Source: Oscillospiraceae bacterium (GTDB lineage: Bacteria; Bacillota; Clostridia; Oscillospirales; Oscillospiraceae). Taken from it: DNA of 64,000 nucleotides. Positions 9,795 through 20,684 of this stretch are shown here, one piece after another. The first letter of the stretch is position 1. Each line of letters starts with the position of its first letter. The stretch lies in the NCBI GenBank assembly GCA_015068495.1, contig SVKL01000008.1, positions 13,892 through 77,891 of the forward strand, read 5' to 3'. The notes below the pieces were generated by a model. That model was not told where the DNA came from. It saw only the letters and a program-made list of their open reading frames with translations, and made no database searches. The translations under genes and the position numbers were made by a program.

Positions 9795-11117
9795 GTGAAA
9801 AGAAGAATCAAATATGCGGTATTTTTGCTTGCGGTAGCACTTTTTGCCTCCGGCTGCTCTATGCGGACGGTGGATGAAATGTACGTGCTTCCGAAGCGCT
9901 CAGAGGATTACAGCAATTTGCAGTCTGCAATGGATCAGGCAATGGTTAATCTAGAGTTCAGCGCTCCGCTGAGCGGTGACAATCAGCAGTCTGTTCAAAT
10001 GGCAGACGTGGACGGTGACGGAGAGCAGGAATATATGGTGTTTGCCAAGGCAAACTCCGAATTGCCGCTGCGGATTTTGATTTTTGACCGCAAGGGAGAT
10101 CAATTTGTACATACGGATACCGTCGAGAGTAACGGCACGGCCTTTGATCAAGTAGAGTACATCCAAATGGATGATAAACCCGGAGTTGAAATGGTGTTGG
10201 GCCGACAGGTCAGCGACCAGCTGGTTCGTTCCGTTTCTGTGTACACCTTCTCAAGCGGTGAGGCTGAGCAGCTGATGACAGCCAACTACCAAAAATTTGT
10301 TACTGTGGATTTGGATGACAATGGCTATGATGAGCTGTTCCTTCTTCATCCCGGTCTGACAGAGACAGATAACGGTGTTGCAGAGCTCTACGGAATGGAA
10401 AACGGCATTATGGTGCGTTCCAACGAGATGCCTATGTCAGGACCGGTTGGACAGCTGAAGCGCATACTGGTGGGTAAGCTCCACGATAAAAAGACAGCTG
10501 TCTATGTTGCAAGCACTGTGAATGACACGTCCCTGATTACAGATGTTTACACCAAAGCCGGGCAGCGACTGGTGAATGTAAGCCTGTCCAATGAATCCGG
10601 CACCAGCGTTCAGACGCTGCGGAACTATTATGTATACGCGGATGATATGGATGATGACGGCGTGGTGGAGCTACCCCGGTTGTCGGTGATGGTTCCGCTG
10701 GATACAGCATCCGATTATACCCAGAGCGATTTGCTTATGTGGTATGCCCTTAACAGCGATGGCACAATCGAAGAAAAGCTCTACACCTATTATGATGCAA
10801 CCGGCGGATGGTATCTTGAACTGGATAAAGCGCTTGCGCCCCGGGTCACAGTAGAACGAAAAACAAATTTGTTTGAGTTTTATATTTGGAATGAAGACTA
10901 TTCCTTAGCGCAAAAGGTATTGACAATCTACACCCTTACGGCGCAGAACCGGGAGGAGCAGAGCCTTGCAGACGGACGCTTCGTGCTGATGCGGACCGAT
11001 ACCGTCACTTACGCCGCCAGTTTGGATGCGGCTGCAGCGAATTATCAAATAACCAAAGAAAGCATTGTGAGTAGTTTCCGCCTAATCCATCGGGATTGGA
11101 ATTCGGGAGAAATGTAA
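9795..11117 (+). CDS. Lipoprotein with FG-GAP/VCBS-like Ca-binding repeats
   Basis: GTG start after AAGGGGG; lipobox FASGC; DxDxDG repeats (DVDGDG, DLDDNG, DMDDDG). Confidence 0.75.
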   Translation: MKRRIKYAVFLLAVALFASGCSMRTVDEMYVLPKRSEDYSNLQSAMDQAMVNLEFSAPLSGDNQQSVQMADVDGDGEQEYMVFAKANSELPLRILIFDRKGDQFVHTDTVESNGTAFDQVEYIQMDDKPGVEMVLGRQVSDQLVRSVSVYTFSSGEAEQLMTANYQKFVTVDLDDNGYDELFLLHPGLTETDNGVAELYGMENGIMVRSNEMPMSGPVGQLKRILVGKLHDKKTAVYVASTVNDTSLITDVYTKAGQRLVNVSLSNESGTSVQTLRNYYVYADDMDDDGVVELPRLSVMVPLDTASDYTQSDLLMWYALNSDGTIEEKLYTYYDATGGWYLELDKALAPRVTVERKTNLFEFYIWNEDYSLAQKVLTIYTLTAQNREEQSLADGRFVLMRTDTVTYAASLDAAAANYQITKESIVSSFRLIHRDWNSGEM

Positions 11118-11129
11118 AGAGGGACAGAA

Positions 11130-11816
11130 ATGAAAAAAGTACTGATTTTGGAAGACGAAGTAAATATACGAAGCTTTGTTGTGATTAACCTCAAGCGCGC
11201 CGGCTATGACGCAATCGAGGCAAGCACCGGTATGGAGGCGCTGGAAAAGCTGAACCGATACCCGGACATTGGCGTTGCAATTTTGGATGTGATGCTGCCG
11301 GATATAGACGGATTCGAGGTGTGCCGCCGTATTCGTGCCACCAGCAAGCAGATTGGCATTATTATGCTCACAGCCCGTACTCAGGAGATGGATAAGGTCA
11401 CCGGCCTTATGACCGGCGCAGATGACTATGTAACAAAGCCCTTTTCTCCTGCGGAGCTCACTGCGCGTATTGATGCTTTGTACCGCCGCATTGGCGGGGA
11501 CAGTGGCGTTGATTCCGAGCTCATAAGCCAAGGGCCCTTTGTGATGAACACACGCAATCATACGCTGGAGAAAGCCGGCGTGCGGGTGCGATTAACACAG
11601 GTTGAGTACGCCATACTGAAGCTCTTTATGCAAAATCCCGGCAGAGCACTGTCCCGTGAGGATATCCTCTCTGCTGTTTGGGGAAGAGATTATGAGGGCG
11701 AATTGAAAATCGTTGATGTGAACATTCGCCGTCTGCGTATTAAAATTGAGGACGATACCGCAAACCCGACCTATATCACCACGGTATGGGGTTTCGGCTA
11801 TAAATGGGGCGCATGA
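11130..11816 (+). CDS. OmpR/PhoB-family response regulator
   Basis: LILED, LDVMLP, GADDYVTKPF, winged-helix ITTVWGFGY. Confidence 0.95.
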   Translation: MKKVLILEDEVNIRSFVVINLKRAGYDAIEASTGMEALEKLNRYPDIGVAILDVMLPDIDGFEVCRRIRATSKQIGIIMLTARTQEMDKVTGLMTGADDYVTKPFSPAELTARIDALYRRIGGDSGVDSELISQGPFVMNTRNHTLEKAGVRVRLTQVEYAILKLFMQNPGRALSREDILSAVWGRDYEGELKIVDVNIRRLRIKIEDDTANPTYITTVWGFGYKWGA

Positions 11817-13249
11817 AAATAAAGAAACAAAAGTGGCGCGCAATCAAAATTAAGGGCTTGCGTCGCCGGTGGTTAATTAACACCCTGTCTGTGGTTTGCT
11901 CCTTGGGTTTGGTCTGTGTTCTGGCTGTAACAGCCGCCTTTTCCGCATATTACTATTCTTCTATGGAATCGGATATGCGTTATCGCGCCCGGTCAACTAC
12001 AGAGTTCTTTGCAGACTATTTGAACCAAAGTTATAAGGCTTACTATCAGTCCTGCATTACTTATGCCCAAACCTTTGATGACCGGAATGTGATTGAGCTG
12101 CAGTTTATCAGCGCTGACGGAACGATGGTGGCATCCTCCTACGGAAAATGGGTAGGCAGGGCGCCGGAAACACCGGACATTGCCGAGGCAATCCAGTCCC
12201 GGGGGATTTGCTCCTTTGTGGGTAAGAACCCACAAACCGGAGAGCGCATTATGGCAGTTTCCAGCCCGATGATTTATACCAACGGTGAGGTTATCGGCGT
12301 GCTGCGGTACGTGACCTCCACTGTGAGAATGGATGCTCAGATTGTTGCCATTGCCATTATTTCATTGGGTGTTTTGGCTGTGTTTATTGTGCTGGTGCTG
12401 TTTAGCAGTAACTACTACATCCGTTCTATTTTGGTTCCCTTGGGGGAAATCATTGATAAAGCGGAAAAGATTGCCAACGGCAGTTATGGCATTCAGATTC
12501 AAACAGAGTTTGATGACGAAATCGGCGATTTGGCCCGTATGATCAATGAAATGTCACTGAAAATCAATGAAAACGAGAAAATTCAGCGGGATTTCATATC
12601 ATCTCTTTCCCACGAACTGCGCACACCGCTGACAGCAATTACCGGCTGGAGCGAAACCCTGCTCAGCTCGGATATGCTGGACAATGACACCCGCCGCGGC
12701 ATCCGCATCATCCACAGAGAGGCAGATCGCCTTACCGAAATGGTTGTGGACTTGCTGGACTTCACCCGGATTCAGGATGACAGAATGACCTTAAATATGG
12801 AGGTTGTGGACATTCGCGGTGAATTTGAGGATACGGTGTTTATGTATGGCAGCCGTCTTGCGGAAGAGGGTATCAGCCTGAAATACGTAGATAATGATCA
12901 GGATATACCGGAAATTTCCTGTGACCCCAGACGTTTGCGTCAGGTGTTCCTGAATATCCTGAACAATGCGGTAAAGCACGGCGGAGACGGCAAGCAGATC
13001 GACGCCAGCATTACCTATCAAAATGACTATGTGGTGGTTCGCATCCGCGATTACGGTCCCGGAATTCCGGAGGATGAGCTGCCGCTTGTAAAGAAGAAGT
13101 TTTATAAGGGAAGTTCAAAGGCAAGAGGTTCCGGTATCGGTCTTGCCGTTAGCGATGAAATTGTGCAAATGCACGGTGGAGAACTGACCTTGGAGAATGC
13201 ACTTGCCGGAGGTACATTGGTGACAGTACGGTTACCTGCCTCTCAGTAA
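11813..13249 (+). CDS. Sensor histidine kinase (two TM, HAMP, HisKA, HATPase)
   Basis: SHELRTPLT H-box, NAVKH N-box, DYGPGI and GSGIGL G-boxes; ATGA overlap with the regulator. Confidence 0.95.
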   Translation: MKIKKQKWRAIKIKGLRRRWLINTLSVVCSLGLVCVLAVTAAFSAYYYSSMESDMRYRARSTTEFFADYLNQSYKAYYQSCITYAQTFDDRNVIELQFISADGTMVASSYGKWVGRAPETPDIAEAIQSRGICSFVGKNPQTGERIMAVSSPMIYTNGEVIGVLRYVTSTVRMDAQIVAIAIISLGVLAVFIVLVLFSSNYYIRSILVPLGEIIDKAEKIANGSYGIQIQTEFDDEIGDLARMINEMSLKINENEKIQRDFISSLSHELRTPLTAITGWSETLLSSDMLDNDTRRGIRIIHREADRLTEMVVDLLDFTRIQDDRMTLNMEVVDIRGEFEDTVFMYGSRLAEEGISLKYVDNDQDIPEISCDPRRLRQVFLNILNNAVKHGGDGKQIDASITYQNDYVVVRIRDYGPGIPEDELPLVKKKFYKGSSKARGSGIGLAVSDEIVQMHGGELTLENALAGGTLVTVRLPASQ

Positions 13250-13261
13250 GAAAGGAGCATT

Positions 13262-14245
13262 ATGGCAAATCAAGAAAAATTCAAAACGATGATTGGCGGA
13301 CAAGCGCTGATTGAGGGTCTGATGATGCGTGGTCCTCAAAAGGATGCAATTGTGGTCCGCGGAAAGGAAGGACTGACTGTTGAGGTGTCCGACCGAAAGG
13401 TCCGCCCCAAGGAGTCTCCGCTGAATTGGCCCATTATCCGCGGCGCGGTGGTCTTTTTTGATTCCCAGCTGACAGGCGTAAAGGCGCTGATGCGCTCTGC
13501 AGACCTTTCTCCCGAGGAAAATCAGGAAGAGCCGTCAAAATTGGATAAGTGGCTGGAGAAAAAGCTGGGGGATAAAAAATTTCAACAGCTTGTGGTTGGA
13601 ATTGCAGTTGCAATGGGACTTGCGCTGTCCATCTTTTTGTTCTTCCTGCTGCCAATGGTAATCGGAAGCTTTTTCGACCGCTGGATACGCAGCAATTTGT
13701 TGCTGAATTTGGTGGAGGGTTTCATTAGAATCCTGCTTTTCAGCGGTTATATGATTCTGGTCTCCCGTATGGGCGAGATGAAGCGTGTTTTTGCCTATCA
13801 CGGCGCAGAGCATAAGACCATCCGCTGTTATGAAGCAGGCCTGCCGCTGACCGTTGAAAATGTACGGCAGCAGACGCGTCTTCACCCCCGCTGCGGCACC
13901 AGCTTTTTGCTGGTTGTGATGATCATTTCCATTTTGCTGTTTTCTGTGGCGTCTTCACTGCTGCTGACGATTGTGCCCAGTCTGGCCGCCATACACGGCA
14001 GCTTCCTGTACCGGCTGATTATGATTGCCTTTAAGCTGCTGCTGCTGCCGCTGGTGGTTTCCTTCAGCTATGAGATAAACCGCTGGGTGGGACGTCACGA
14101 CAATACGTTTACCCGTATTCTTTCTGCCCCGGGTATGTGGTTTCAGTATTTTACCACCAACGAGCCGGATGACAGTATGATCGAGGTAGGCATTACCGCG
14201 CTGGAGGCAGTGCTCCCTGAAAATGAGGGTGATGACCTTTGGTAA
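13262..14245 (+). CDS. DUF1385 family membrane protein
   Basis: GGQALIEGLMM, FAYHGAEHKTI, HPRCGTSF, TTNEP motifs; usual neighbour of prmC. Confidence 0.88.
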   Translation: MANQEKFKTMIGGQALIEGLMMRGPQKDAIVVRGKEGLTVEVSDRKVRPKESPLNWPIIRGAVVFFDSQLTGVKALMRSADLSPEENQEEPSKLDKWLEKKLGDKKFQQLVVGIAVAMGLALSIFLFFLLPMVIGSFFDRWIRSNLLLNLVEGFIRILLFSGYMILVSRMGEMKRVFAYHGAEHKTIRCYEAGLPLTVENVRQQTRLHPRCGTSFLLVVMIISILLFSVASSLLLTIVPSLAAIHGSFLYRLIMIAFKLLLLPLVVSFSYEINRWVGRHDNTFTRILSAPGMWFQYFTTNEPDDSMIEVGITALEAVLPENEGDDLW

Positions 14246-15114
14246 GGACACTTTCCCAATTGTATTTGCATACCCGCAATTTGCTTATGCCCCGTGAGGA
14301 CGCCGACTCGGCATCCTTCATTGCCAGACAGCTGCTGTGCCACGCCTCCGGCTTGACGCGGGAGCAGGTGATTGCCAATCGGGATATGCCTGCAACGGAA
14401 AAATGCTGCACGGAAATGGAACGAATGACGGCCCGCGTTATGATGGGTGAGCCGCTGCCTTACGTGTTAGGGGAGTGGGAGTTCTATGGAATGAAGCTGT
14501 TGGTTAATGCCGACGTGCTGATTCCCCGGGACGATACCTGTGCTGTTGCGGATTTGGCAATCCAACAGGCACGGTTTTTGGATTCCAACCCACGGATTCT
14601 TGATTTGTGTACCGGCTCCGGCTGTATCGGCTTGGCAATCGCCAATCGTATCAAGGATGCGAAGGTTACTTTAGGCGATATTTCTGCCGCGGCGCTGCAA
14701 GTGGCGAAAAAGAATGTGGCGCTGCAAAAACTTTCCGGCAGAGTGTCCTGTGTGCAGGTCAATGCGCTGGAAAAGCCTGCGGCATTTTTGGGTAAATTTG
14801 ACTTAATCGTTTCCAATCCTCCATATATTACTACCGATGAAATGCAGCAGCTTCCGGGCAGTGTGGCTAACTTCGAGCCGCACCTTGCGCTCCATGGAGG
14901 CACAGACGGATTGGATTTCTACAGAGCCATCGCAGAGAATTTTACCGCTGCCCTCAAGCCCGGGGGATTCCTTTGCTTTGAATTCGGTATGGGGCAAGGG
15001 GATGCGGTGTGTAGAATTTTAGAAAACAACGGATTTACAATACTGGAGCGTTCCAGAGATTATAACGAAAGAGAACGGGCAGTTTTGGCCCGCTACGACA
15101 GGAAGGACGGGTAA
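14239..15114 (+). CDS. prmC: Peptide chain release factor N5-glutamine methyltransferase
   Basis: [29 protein letters not shown] motifs. Confidence 0.93.
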   Translation: MVRTLSQLYLHTRNLLMPREDADSASFIARQLLCHASGLTREQVIANRDMPATEKCCTEMERMTARVMMGEPLPYVLGEWEFYGMKLLVNADVLIPRDDTCAVADLAIQQARFLDSNPRILDLCTGSGCIGLAIANRIKDAKVTLGDISAAALQVAKKNVALQKLSGRVSCVQVNALEKPAAFLGKFDLIVSNPPYITTDEMQQLPGSVANFEPHLALHGGTDGLDFYRAIAENFTAALKPGGFLCFEFGMGQGDAVCRILENNGFTILERSRDYNERERAVLARYDRKDG

Positions 15115-15116
15115 TT

Positions 15117-16217
15117 ATGGCAACAAAGAAAACGGCTTATGAAGCCCCCACACCTGCAACCGACAAGAAAAAAGCGTTGCAGACCGCACTCTCCCAAATT
15201 GAAAAGAACTTTGGTAAAGGCACTGTGATGCGCTTGGGCGACAAGCCGGAGATGAACGTAGATGCCATTCCCACCGGCTCCTTGGCATTGGATGCTGCGC
15301 TGGGTATCGGCGGTGTTCCCAAGGGACGTATCATCGAGATTTACGGTCCGGAATCCTCCGGTAAAACCACCTTGGCGCTGCATATTCTGGCGGAGGCGCA
15401 GAAGATGGGCGGCGAAGTGGCCTTTGTGGACGCAGAGCACGCATTGGACCCTGTCTATGCGGCTGCCTTGGGCGTAAATACCGACGATATGCTGGTCTCC
15501 CAGCCGGATACCGGTGAGCAGGCACTGGAAATTACCGACGCACTGGTGCGCAGCGGCGCTGTGGATGCAGTGGTTGTGGACTCTGTTGCTGCGCTGGTTC
15601 CCAAGCAGGAGATTGAAGGCGAGATGGGCGATACCTTTGTGGGCTTGCAGGCTAGACTGATGAGTCAGGCACTGCGTAAGCTGGCAGGCACCATTGCCAA
15701 AACCAATTGTGTGGTAATTTTCATTAACCAGCTGCGTATGAAGATTGGCGTGATGTACGGCAATCCGGAGACCACCACCGGCGGTAACGCGCTGAAGTTC
15801 TATTCCTCCGTACGTCTGGATGTCCGCCGCGTAGAGTCCCTGAAGGAAGGCGGCAATGTGGTAGGCAACAAGACCCGTGTTAAGGTTGTGAAAAACAAAG
15901 TCGCACCTCCTTTCCGTGAGGCATACTTCGACATTATGTACGGAGAAGGCATCAGCAAGTGGGGCGAACTGGTGGATTTGGCTGTGCAGATGGAAATTGT
16001 CCAAAAAAGCGGCAGCTGGTTCAGTATGGGCGATGAGCGAATCGGTCAAGGCAAGGACAGTGTAAAGGCATTTTTGCAGGCAAATCCCGATGTTGCAGAG
16101 CAGGTAGAAGCGCAGGTCCGTGAGAACTTGTTGGCCGGCGCAGTGGGCAGAACCCCCGCGAAGGCAGCAGAGCGTCCTGTTGCAATCAGCGCAGATGACT
16201 TTGATGATGAAGATTGA
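15117..16217 (+). CDS. recA: Recombinase RecA
   Basis: [42 protein letters not shown]. Confidence 0.99.
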   Translation: MATKKTAYEAPTPATDKKKALQTALSQIEKNFGKGTVMRLGDKPEMNVDAIPTGSLALDAALGIGGVPKGRIIEIYGPESSGKTTLALHILAEAQKMGGEVAFVDAEHALDPVYAAALGVNTDDMLVSQPDTGEQALEITDALVRSGAVDAVVVDSVAALVPKQEIEGEMGDTFVGLQARLMSQALRKLAGTIAKTNCVVIFINQLRMKIGVMYGNPETTTGGNALKFYSSVRLDVRRVESLKEGGNVVGNKTRVKVVKNKVAPPFREAYFDIMYGEGISKWGELVDLAVQMEIVQKSGSWFSMGDERIGQGKDSVKAFLQANPDVAEQVEAQVRENLLAGAVGRTPAKAAERPVAISADDFDDED

Positions 16218-16839
16218 GTCGATTACCGCCCAGCCGGACAGAGCTGGGCGGTATACCGTAAAATTTGACACTGGCGCAGTGATGCGCCTGTATCGACAGA
16301 CGGTTGAGGATTTCTGCCTCTATGCCGGAAAGAGCCTAGACGACGGAGAATGGAAACAGCTGCAAGCAGCGGCGGGGCAGATGTCTGCCAAAATGCGAGC
16401 AGTCCGGATTGTGTCTGCCAGTAGTGTTTCCAAGGCTGACTTAGAGTACCGCTTGGTGCAAAAGGGCGAGGACAAAGCCGATGCCCACAGGGCGGTGGCT
16501 TGGATGGAAGAATTGCATCTACTGGACGATTGGAAGACCGCCGAAGCGGTGGTACAGCGCTGTATTTCCAAGGGCTACGGCCGTTCCCGCGCCAAGCAGA
16601 TGTTGTTTGAAAAACGGATTCCCAAGGAATATTGGGAGCAGGCTCTGGAGGATTACCCTGACCAGAGCGAAAAAATACTGGCTTTTCTCCAATCACGGTT
16701 GGGGGACAGCCGGGAGGAAAAGGACCTGCGGCGGGCAGTGGATGCGCTGATTCGCCGTGGGCATAGCTATCAGGAGATTCGCACAGTACTGAATCAGTTT
16801 TTGGAGGATGCGGATTTTCAGGAGGATATGTATGGCTAA
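16204..16839 (+). CDS. recX: Regulatory protein RecX
   Basis: Directly after recA; helical repeats with [17 protein letters not shown] and LIRRGHSY. Start at ATG 16204 or 16207. Confidence 0.85.
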   Translation: MMKIESITAQPDRAGRYTVKFDTGAVMRLYRQTVEDFCLYAGKSLDDGEWKQLQAAAGQMSAKMRAVRIVSASSVSKADLEYRLVQKGEDKADAHRAVAWMEELHLLDDWKTAEAVVQRCISKGYGRSRAKQMLFEKRIPKEYWEQALEDYPDQSEKILAFLQSRLGDSREEKDLRRAVDALIRRGHSYQEIRTVLNQFLEDADFQEDMYG

Positions 16840-18160
16840 TGTTGGCTTTATTTCTTTGGGATGCGCAAAGAATCAAGTAGATTGCGAGCGGATGATGTAC
16901 CGGGTGCAGGAGGCTGGCTTTACTGTTCAGCCCGATGTGCTCCACGCGGATGTTGTGGTTATTAACACCTGCGGTTTTATCGACTCTGCAAAAGCAGAAG
17001 CAATTGATTTCATTCTGCAAATGGGTCAGTTGAAGCAGCAGGGGCTGATTGGCAAAATTCTGGTTACCGGTTGTTTGTCTCAGCGTTATCAGCAGGAGAT
17101 TATCAAGGAAATGCCGGAGGTAGACGGTATTTTGGGCACAGGCAGCTACACGGAAATCGTTCCGGCAATTGAAAGCCTGCTGAATAACAAAGCTGTCAGT
17201 GATTTTGCCTCCATTGATACACCGGAGCAGGAATGTGGCCGGATACTCACCACACCGGAGCATTATGCTTATATAAAGATTGCAGAAGGCTGCGATAACC
17301 GCTGTTCCTACTGCATTATTCCTTATTTACGCGGCAAGTACCGCAGCCGCCAAATGGATGACATTTTGTATGAGGCGAGGGTGCTGGCAGCCAACGGCGT
17401 GAAGGAACTGCTGGTGGTTGCGCAGGATACCAGCCGCTACGGCACAGATTTTGCCGAGCATAAACGTCTTCTTCCGGAGCTGCTGCGCCGCCTTTGTGAG
17501 GTGGAGGGCTTGGAGTGGATTCGCATCCACTATACCTATCCGGATGAAATTGATGATGAACTGATTGAAGTAATAGCATCCCAGCCGAAAATTGTGAAAT
17601 ACTTGGATATTCCCATACAGCATTGCAACAGCAAGATATTGAAGCTGATGAATCGCCGTGGGGACGAGAAGTTTCTGCGAGAGTTATTTGCAAAGCTGCG
17701 CCAGAGAATTCCCGGTCTGATTCTGCGTACCAGTGTAATTACCGGCTTGCCCGGTGAGGGTGAGGAAGAGTTTAACGAACTGTGCGCATTTTTGAAGGAG
17801 CAACGCCTTGAGCGTGTCGGCGCATTTCCTTTCTCACCGGAGGAGGGAACACCGGCTGCGGAAATGGAATTTGTGGATTCTGAGGTTGCCCAATTACGTG
17901 CCCAGCAGGTAGAATTGATTCAGTCCCGCATTATGGACGATTATAATGCCTCTATGCAGGGAAAAGTTGTTCAGGTGCTGGTGGACGGTTTCGATGAGGA
18001 AATGGAGCAATTCTACGGACGTACTTATGCCGATTCGCCGGAAATTGACAGCCGTGTGTGGCTTGCATCTCAGGATGCCTTGACAGAGGGAAGCTTTGTG
18101 AATGTACGCATTGACGGCGTGGCAGACGGAGAACTGTCCGGCTATGTTTTGGAGGATTAA
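16832..18160 (+). CDS. rimO: Ribosomal protein S12 methylthiotransferase
   Basis: SLGCAKN, INTCGFI, IAEGCDNRCSYCIIP radical-SAM motif, C-terminal TRAM with DSPEID. Confidence 0.93.
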   Translation: MANVGFISLGCAKNQVDCERMMYRVQEAGFTVQPDVLHADVVVINTCGFIDSAKAEAIDFILQMGQLKQQGLIGKILVTGCLSQRYQQEIIKEMPEVDGILGTGSYTEIVPAIESLLNNKAVSDFASIDTPEQECGRILTTPEHYAYIKIAEGCDNRCSYCIIPYLRGKYRSRQMDDILYEARVLAANGVKELLVVAQDTSRYGTDFAEHKRLLPELLRRLCEVEGLEWIRIHYTYPDEIDDELIEVIASQPKIVKYLDIPIQHCNSKILKLMNRRGDEKFLRELFAKLRQRIPGLILRTSVITGLPGEGEEEFNELCAFLKEQRLERVGAFPFSPEEGTPAAEMEFVDSEVAQLRAQQVELIQSRIMDDYNASMQGKVVQVLVDGFDEEMEQFYGRTYADSPEIDSRVWLASQDALTEGSFVNVRIDGVADGELSGYVLED

Positions 18161-18163
18161 AAA

Positions 18164-18697
18164 ATGACTTTGGCAAGCAAAATTACACTAATCCGAGTTG
18201 CATTCATACCCGCATTTATGGCGCTTATGTATTTAAGCGGCGGTCAGCCGGGACTGTGGATGTGGCTGTCGCTGGCTGTGTTCATTGTTGCCAGCTTAAC
18301 CGACTACGTGGACGGTCAAATTGCCCGTCGCTGCAATCAGGTAAGCGACTTTGGTAAGTTTTTAGATCCCTTGGCAGACAAGCTGCTGACTATTGCAGCG
18401 ATGGTTATGTTCTGCCAGTGGGGTATGATGCCTGCGTGGGCGCTGATGATTGTGCTCACCCGGGAATTTGCCGTTACCGGTTTGCGACTTGTGGCTGTGG
18501 GTAAGGGCAAGGTGATTGCTGCCGGCTGGAGCGGTAAAGTGAAAACCGCAAGCACGATGATTGGCCTTTGCGCATTGATGGCATTTCCCACAGTTATCTG
18601 GCTGGCAACTGTAGTCAATACCGTGATTGTGCTGACCACCGTGTATTCCGGTGTGGAGTATTTTATCCAGAACTGGAACTGTTTGTGGGATAAATAA
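18164..18697 (+). CDS. pgsA: CDP-diacylglycerol--glycerol-3-phosphate 3-phosphatidyltransferase
   Basis: TDYVDGQIARR..SDFGKFLDPLADK CDP-alcohol phosphotransferase motif. Confidence 0.94.
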   Translation: MTLASKITLIRVAFIPAFMALMYLSGGQPGLWMWLSLAVFIVASLTDYVDGQIARRCNQVSDFGKFLDPLADKLLTIAAMVMFCQWGMMPAWALMIVLTREFAVTGLRLVAVGKGKVIAAGWSGKVKTASTMIGLCALMAFPTVIWLATVVNTVIVLTTVYSGVEYFIQNWNCLWDK

Positions 18698-18740
18698 TCA
18701 TTAGAAGGAAATTACCAAATACGGTTTTAGGAGACTATTT

Positions 18741-19490
18741 ATGCTGATATCAGAGATTATGAAGTTTCTGTACGACTGGACACCCATTGATCCGGAGCAT
18801 CCCATTGTCAATAAGAACCGGGTTGACGGCTGTGTTTATAACGAAGAAGACAGAGATGTTTCCAAGGTAGCTGTTTGCTTGATTGCTACACCCAATGTGC
18901 TGAAAAAAGCCGGTGAAATAGGCGCGGAGCTGATTATCACCCACGAAAACACTTTCTTTGGGTGTCCGCTGAAGAAAGAGCTCGTTGAGAATCTGGATAT
19001 ACCCATTTACCGCATCCATGACTATATGCACTTTTCAAAAGTGGATAAAATCCACGCCGGTTTTGTGCAGCAGCTGGGATTGGAAGTGGAGTATGACGGT
19101 TTCCGCACCCTTGAGCTAAAAAATCCGATTTCCATCACAGAATTGGAAAAAGCAATGTGTGATAATTTGGGATTAAAGCACATTCGTTTTGTGGGCCAGC
19201 GGAACAAGATGGTGAAGCGCATTTCTCTTAACTGCGGCGCGTGGGGCAGTATGGTATCTCAGGAGCTGCACCGTGAGGATATTGACGTGGCTATCTGCGG
19301 TGAGGTGGATGAGGCCAGCACCTGCGAATACGTCCGTGATTCCGCCCAGTTGGGCATAGATAAAGCGCTGTTTATCCTTGGACATATGGGCTCAGAACGC
19401 AGCGGTATGTCCTATATGTGCGACTATATGAATGAAAATCTGGACGGTGTCACAGCAACGTATATTGAATGTGAAGAAGTTTATAATTAA
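18741..19490 (+). CDS. NIF3-like dinuclear metal protein (divergent)
   Basis: LIITHE, IYRIHD, GHMGSERSGM correspond to NIF3 metal ligands. Confidence 0.75.
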   Translation: MLISEIMKFLYDWTPIDPEHPIVNKNRVDGCVYNEEDRDVSKVAVCLIATPNVLKKAGEIGAELIITHENTFFGCPLKKELVENLDIPIYRIHDYMHFSKVDKIHAGFVQQLGLEVEYDGFRTLELKNPISITELEKAMCDNLGLKHIRFVGQRNKMVKRISLNCGAWGSMVSQELHREDIDVAICGEVDEASTCEYVRDSAQLGIDKALFILGHMGSERSGMSYMCDYMNENLDGVTATYIECEEVYN

Positions 19491-19501
19491 TTGAGGCAGA
19501 T

Positions 19502-20647
19502 ATGAACGAAAAGGAAATTGGTGAAATTCGCCGGAGAATCCGGCGAGACCGTAGTAATATGACGGCTATTTACGGCTGCTACGTAAATGACCAAAAGGAA
19601 ATTGTTTCGGAATTTAAGCAAAGCACGGGGATTATGCCGGAAAACGAAGCGGAAAAATACTTCGGTTTACTCAAGCGTGTGTTGTCCGGCGGTGTGGGTA
19701 AAAACCTAATTGATATTTGCTTTAAGACGGCGCAGGTTGCCAATAGTCCGGAGCATAAACTGCTGATGGACTTGCGAAACACCGGCTTAAAGGATGACGG
19801 GCTTCGCGCAGAGCTGTACACAAAAATCATCCAAAATGTCAATTTGGACGACGGTTTTTTGATTCTCCTTGGCTGCGACAGCTATGATGTGCCCTTTAAG
19901 AGCACAGACGGAGAAACCCAGCAGGATAACTCGCAGGAAACCTATACTTATCTACTGTGCGCCGTGTGCCCTGTGAAACAGACCAAATCGAATTTGCGTT
20001 ATGTAGCAGAAGAAAAGGCGTTTCACGATGGCGGGATTTCACAGGTACCCTCTGCGCCTGCGGTGGGCTTTCTGTTCCCGTCCTTTGATAATCGGGCTAC
20101 CAATATCTATAACGCGCTTTTCTATACCCAGAGTCCGAAGGAAAACCACGAGCAATTGGCTAACAGCCTGTTTTGTGTCCCTGTGCCAAAGCCTGCAGCA
20201 GAGCAGAAAAAATCCTTTGAGGCGCTCTTGGGCACATCTTTGCAGAAGGAGTCCAGTCTGTCTGTGGCGCAAACCGTTCACGAGCAGCTGTGTCAAAGCA
20301 TTATGCTGCATAAGGAAAGCCGCGCTGAGGAGCCGCTGCTGATTTCCAAGGAGCAGGTTAAGGGCGCTTTGGCAGAGTGCGGTGTGTCCCAGGAAAGTTT
20401 GTCTAAATTCTCTGTTGCATACGACGAGGTGTTTGGCTTTGAGGCGCAGCTGCATCCGAAGAATATTATCAACAACAAGCGCTTTGAGATTATCACTCCG
20501 GATGTGAAAATTCAGGTCGCACCGGAGCGGAGCGACCTGATTGAAACACGGATTATCGACGGTGTAAAGTACATTCTTATCTGCGCAGACGAGAACGTGG
20601 AGGTAAACGGCATTCCCATTACCATTACTGAAGATGAACATAAATAA
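19502..20647 (+). CDS. DUF4317 family protein
   Basis: MNEKEIGEIRRR, IYGCYV, YDVP, GFLFPSFDNR motifs typical of this clostridial family. Confidence 0.8.
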   Translation: MNEKEIGEIRRRIRRDRSNMTAIYGCYVNDQKEIVSEFKQSTGIMPENEAEKYFGLLKRVLSGGVGKNLIDICFKTAQVANSPEHKLLMDLRNTGLKDDGLRAELYTKIIQNVNLDDGFLILLGCDSYDVPFKSTDGETQQDNSQETYTYLLCAVCPVKQTKSNLRYVAEEKAFHDGGISQVPSAPAVGFLFPSFDNRATNIYNALFYTQSPKENHEQLANSLFCVPVPKPAAEQKKSFEALLGTSLQKESSLSVAQTVHEQLCQSIMLHKESRAEEPLLISKEQVKGALAECGVSQESLSKFSVAYDEVFGFEAQLHPKNIINNKRFEIITPDVKIQVAPERSDLIETRIIDGVKYILICADENVEVNGIPITITEDEHK

Positions 20648-20651
20648 AAAA

Positions 20652-20681
20652 ACAGCCCGACAGGTTCTTCTGCCGGGCTGT
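20652..20681. terminator. Terminator between convergent genes
   Basis: acagcccg / cgggctgt stem with an A tract on the left. Confidence 0.65.
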
Positions 20682-20684
20682 ATC

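Noticed and set aside
15060-15117. LexA box upstream of recA
   Set aside because: The best match, GAAC-gggca-GTTT, has a 5-nt rather than 4-nt spacer.
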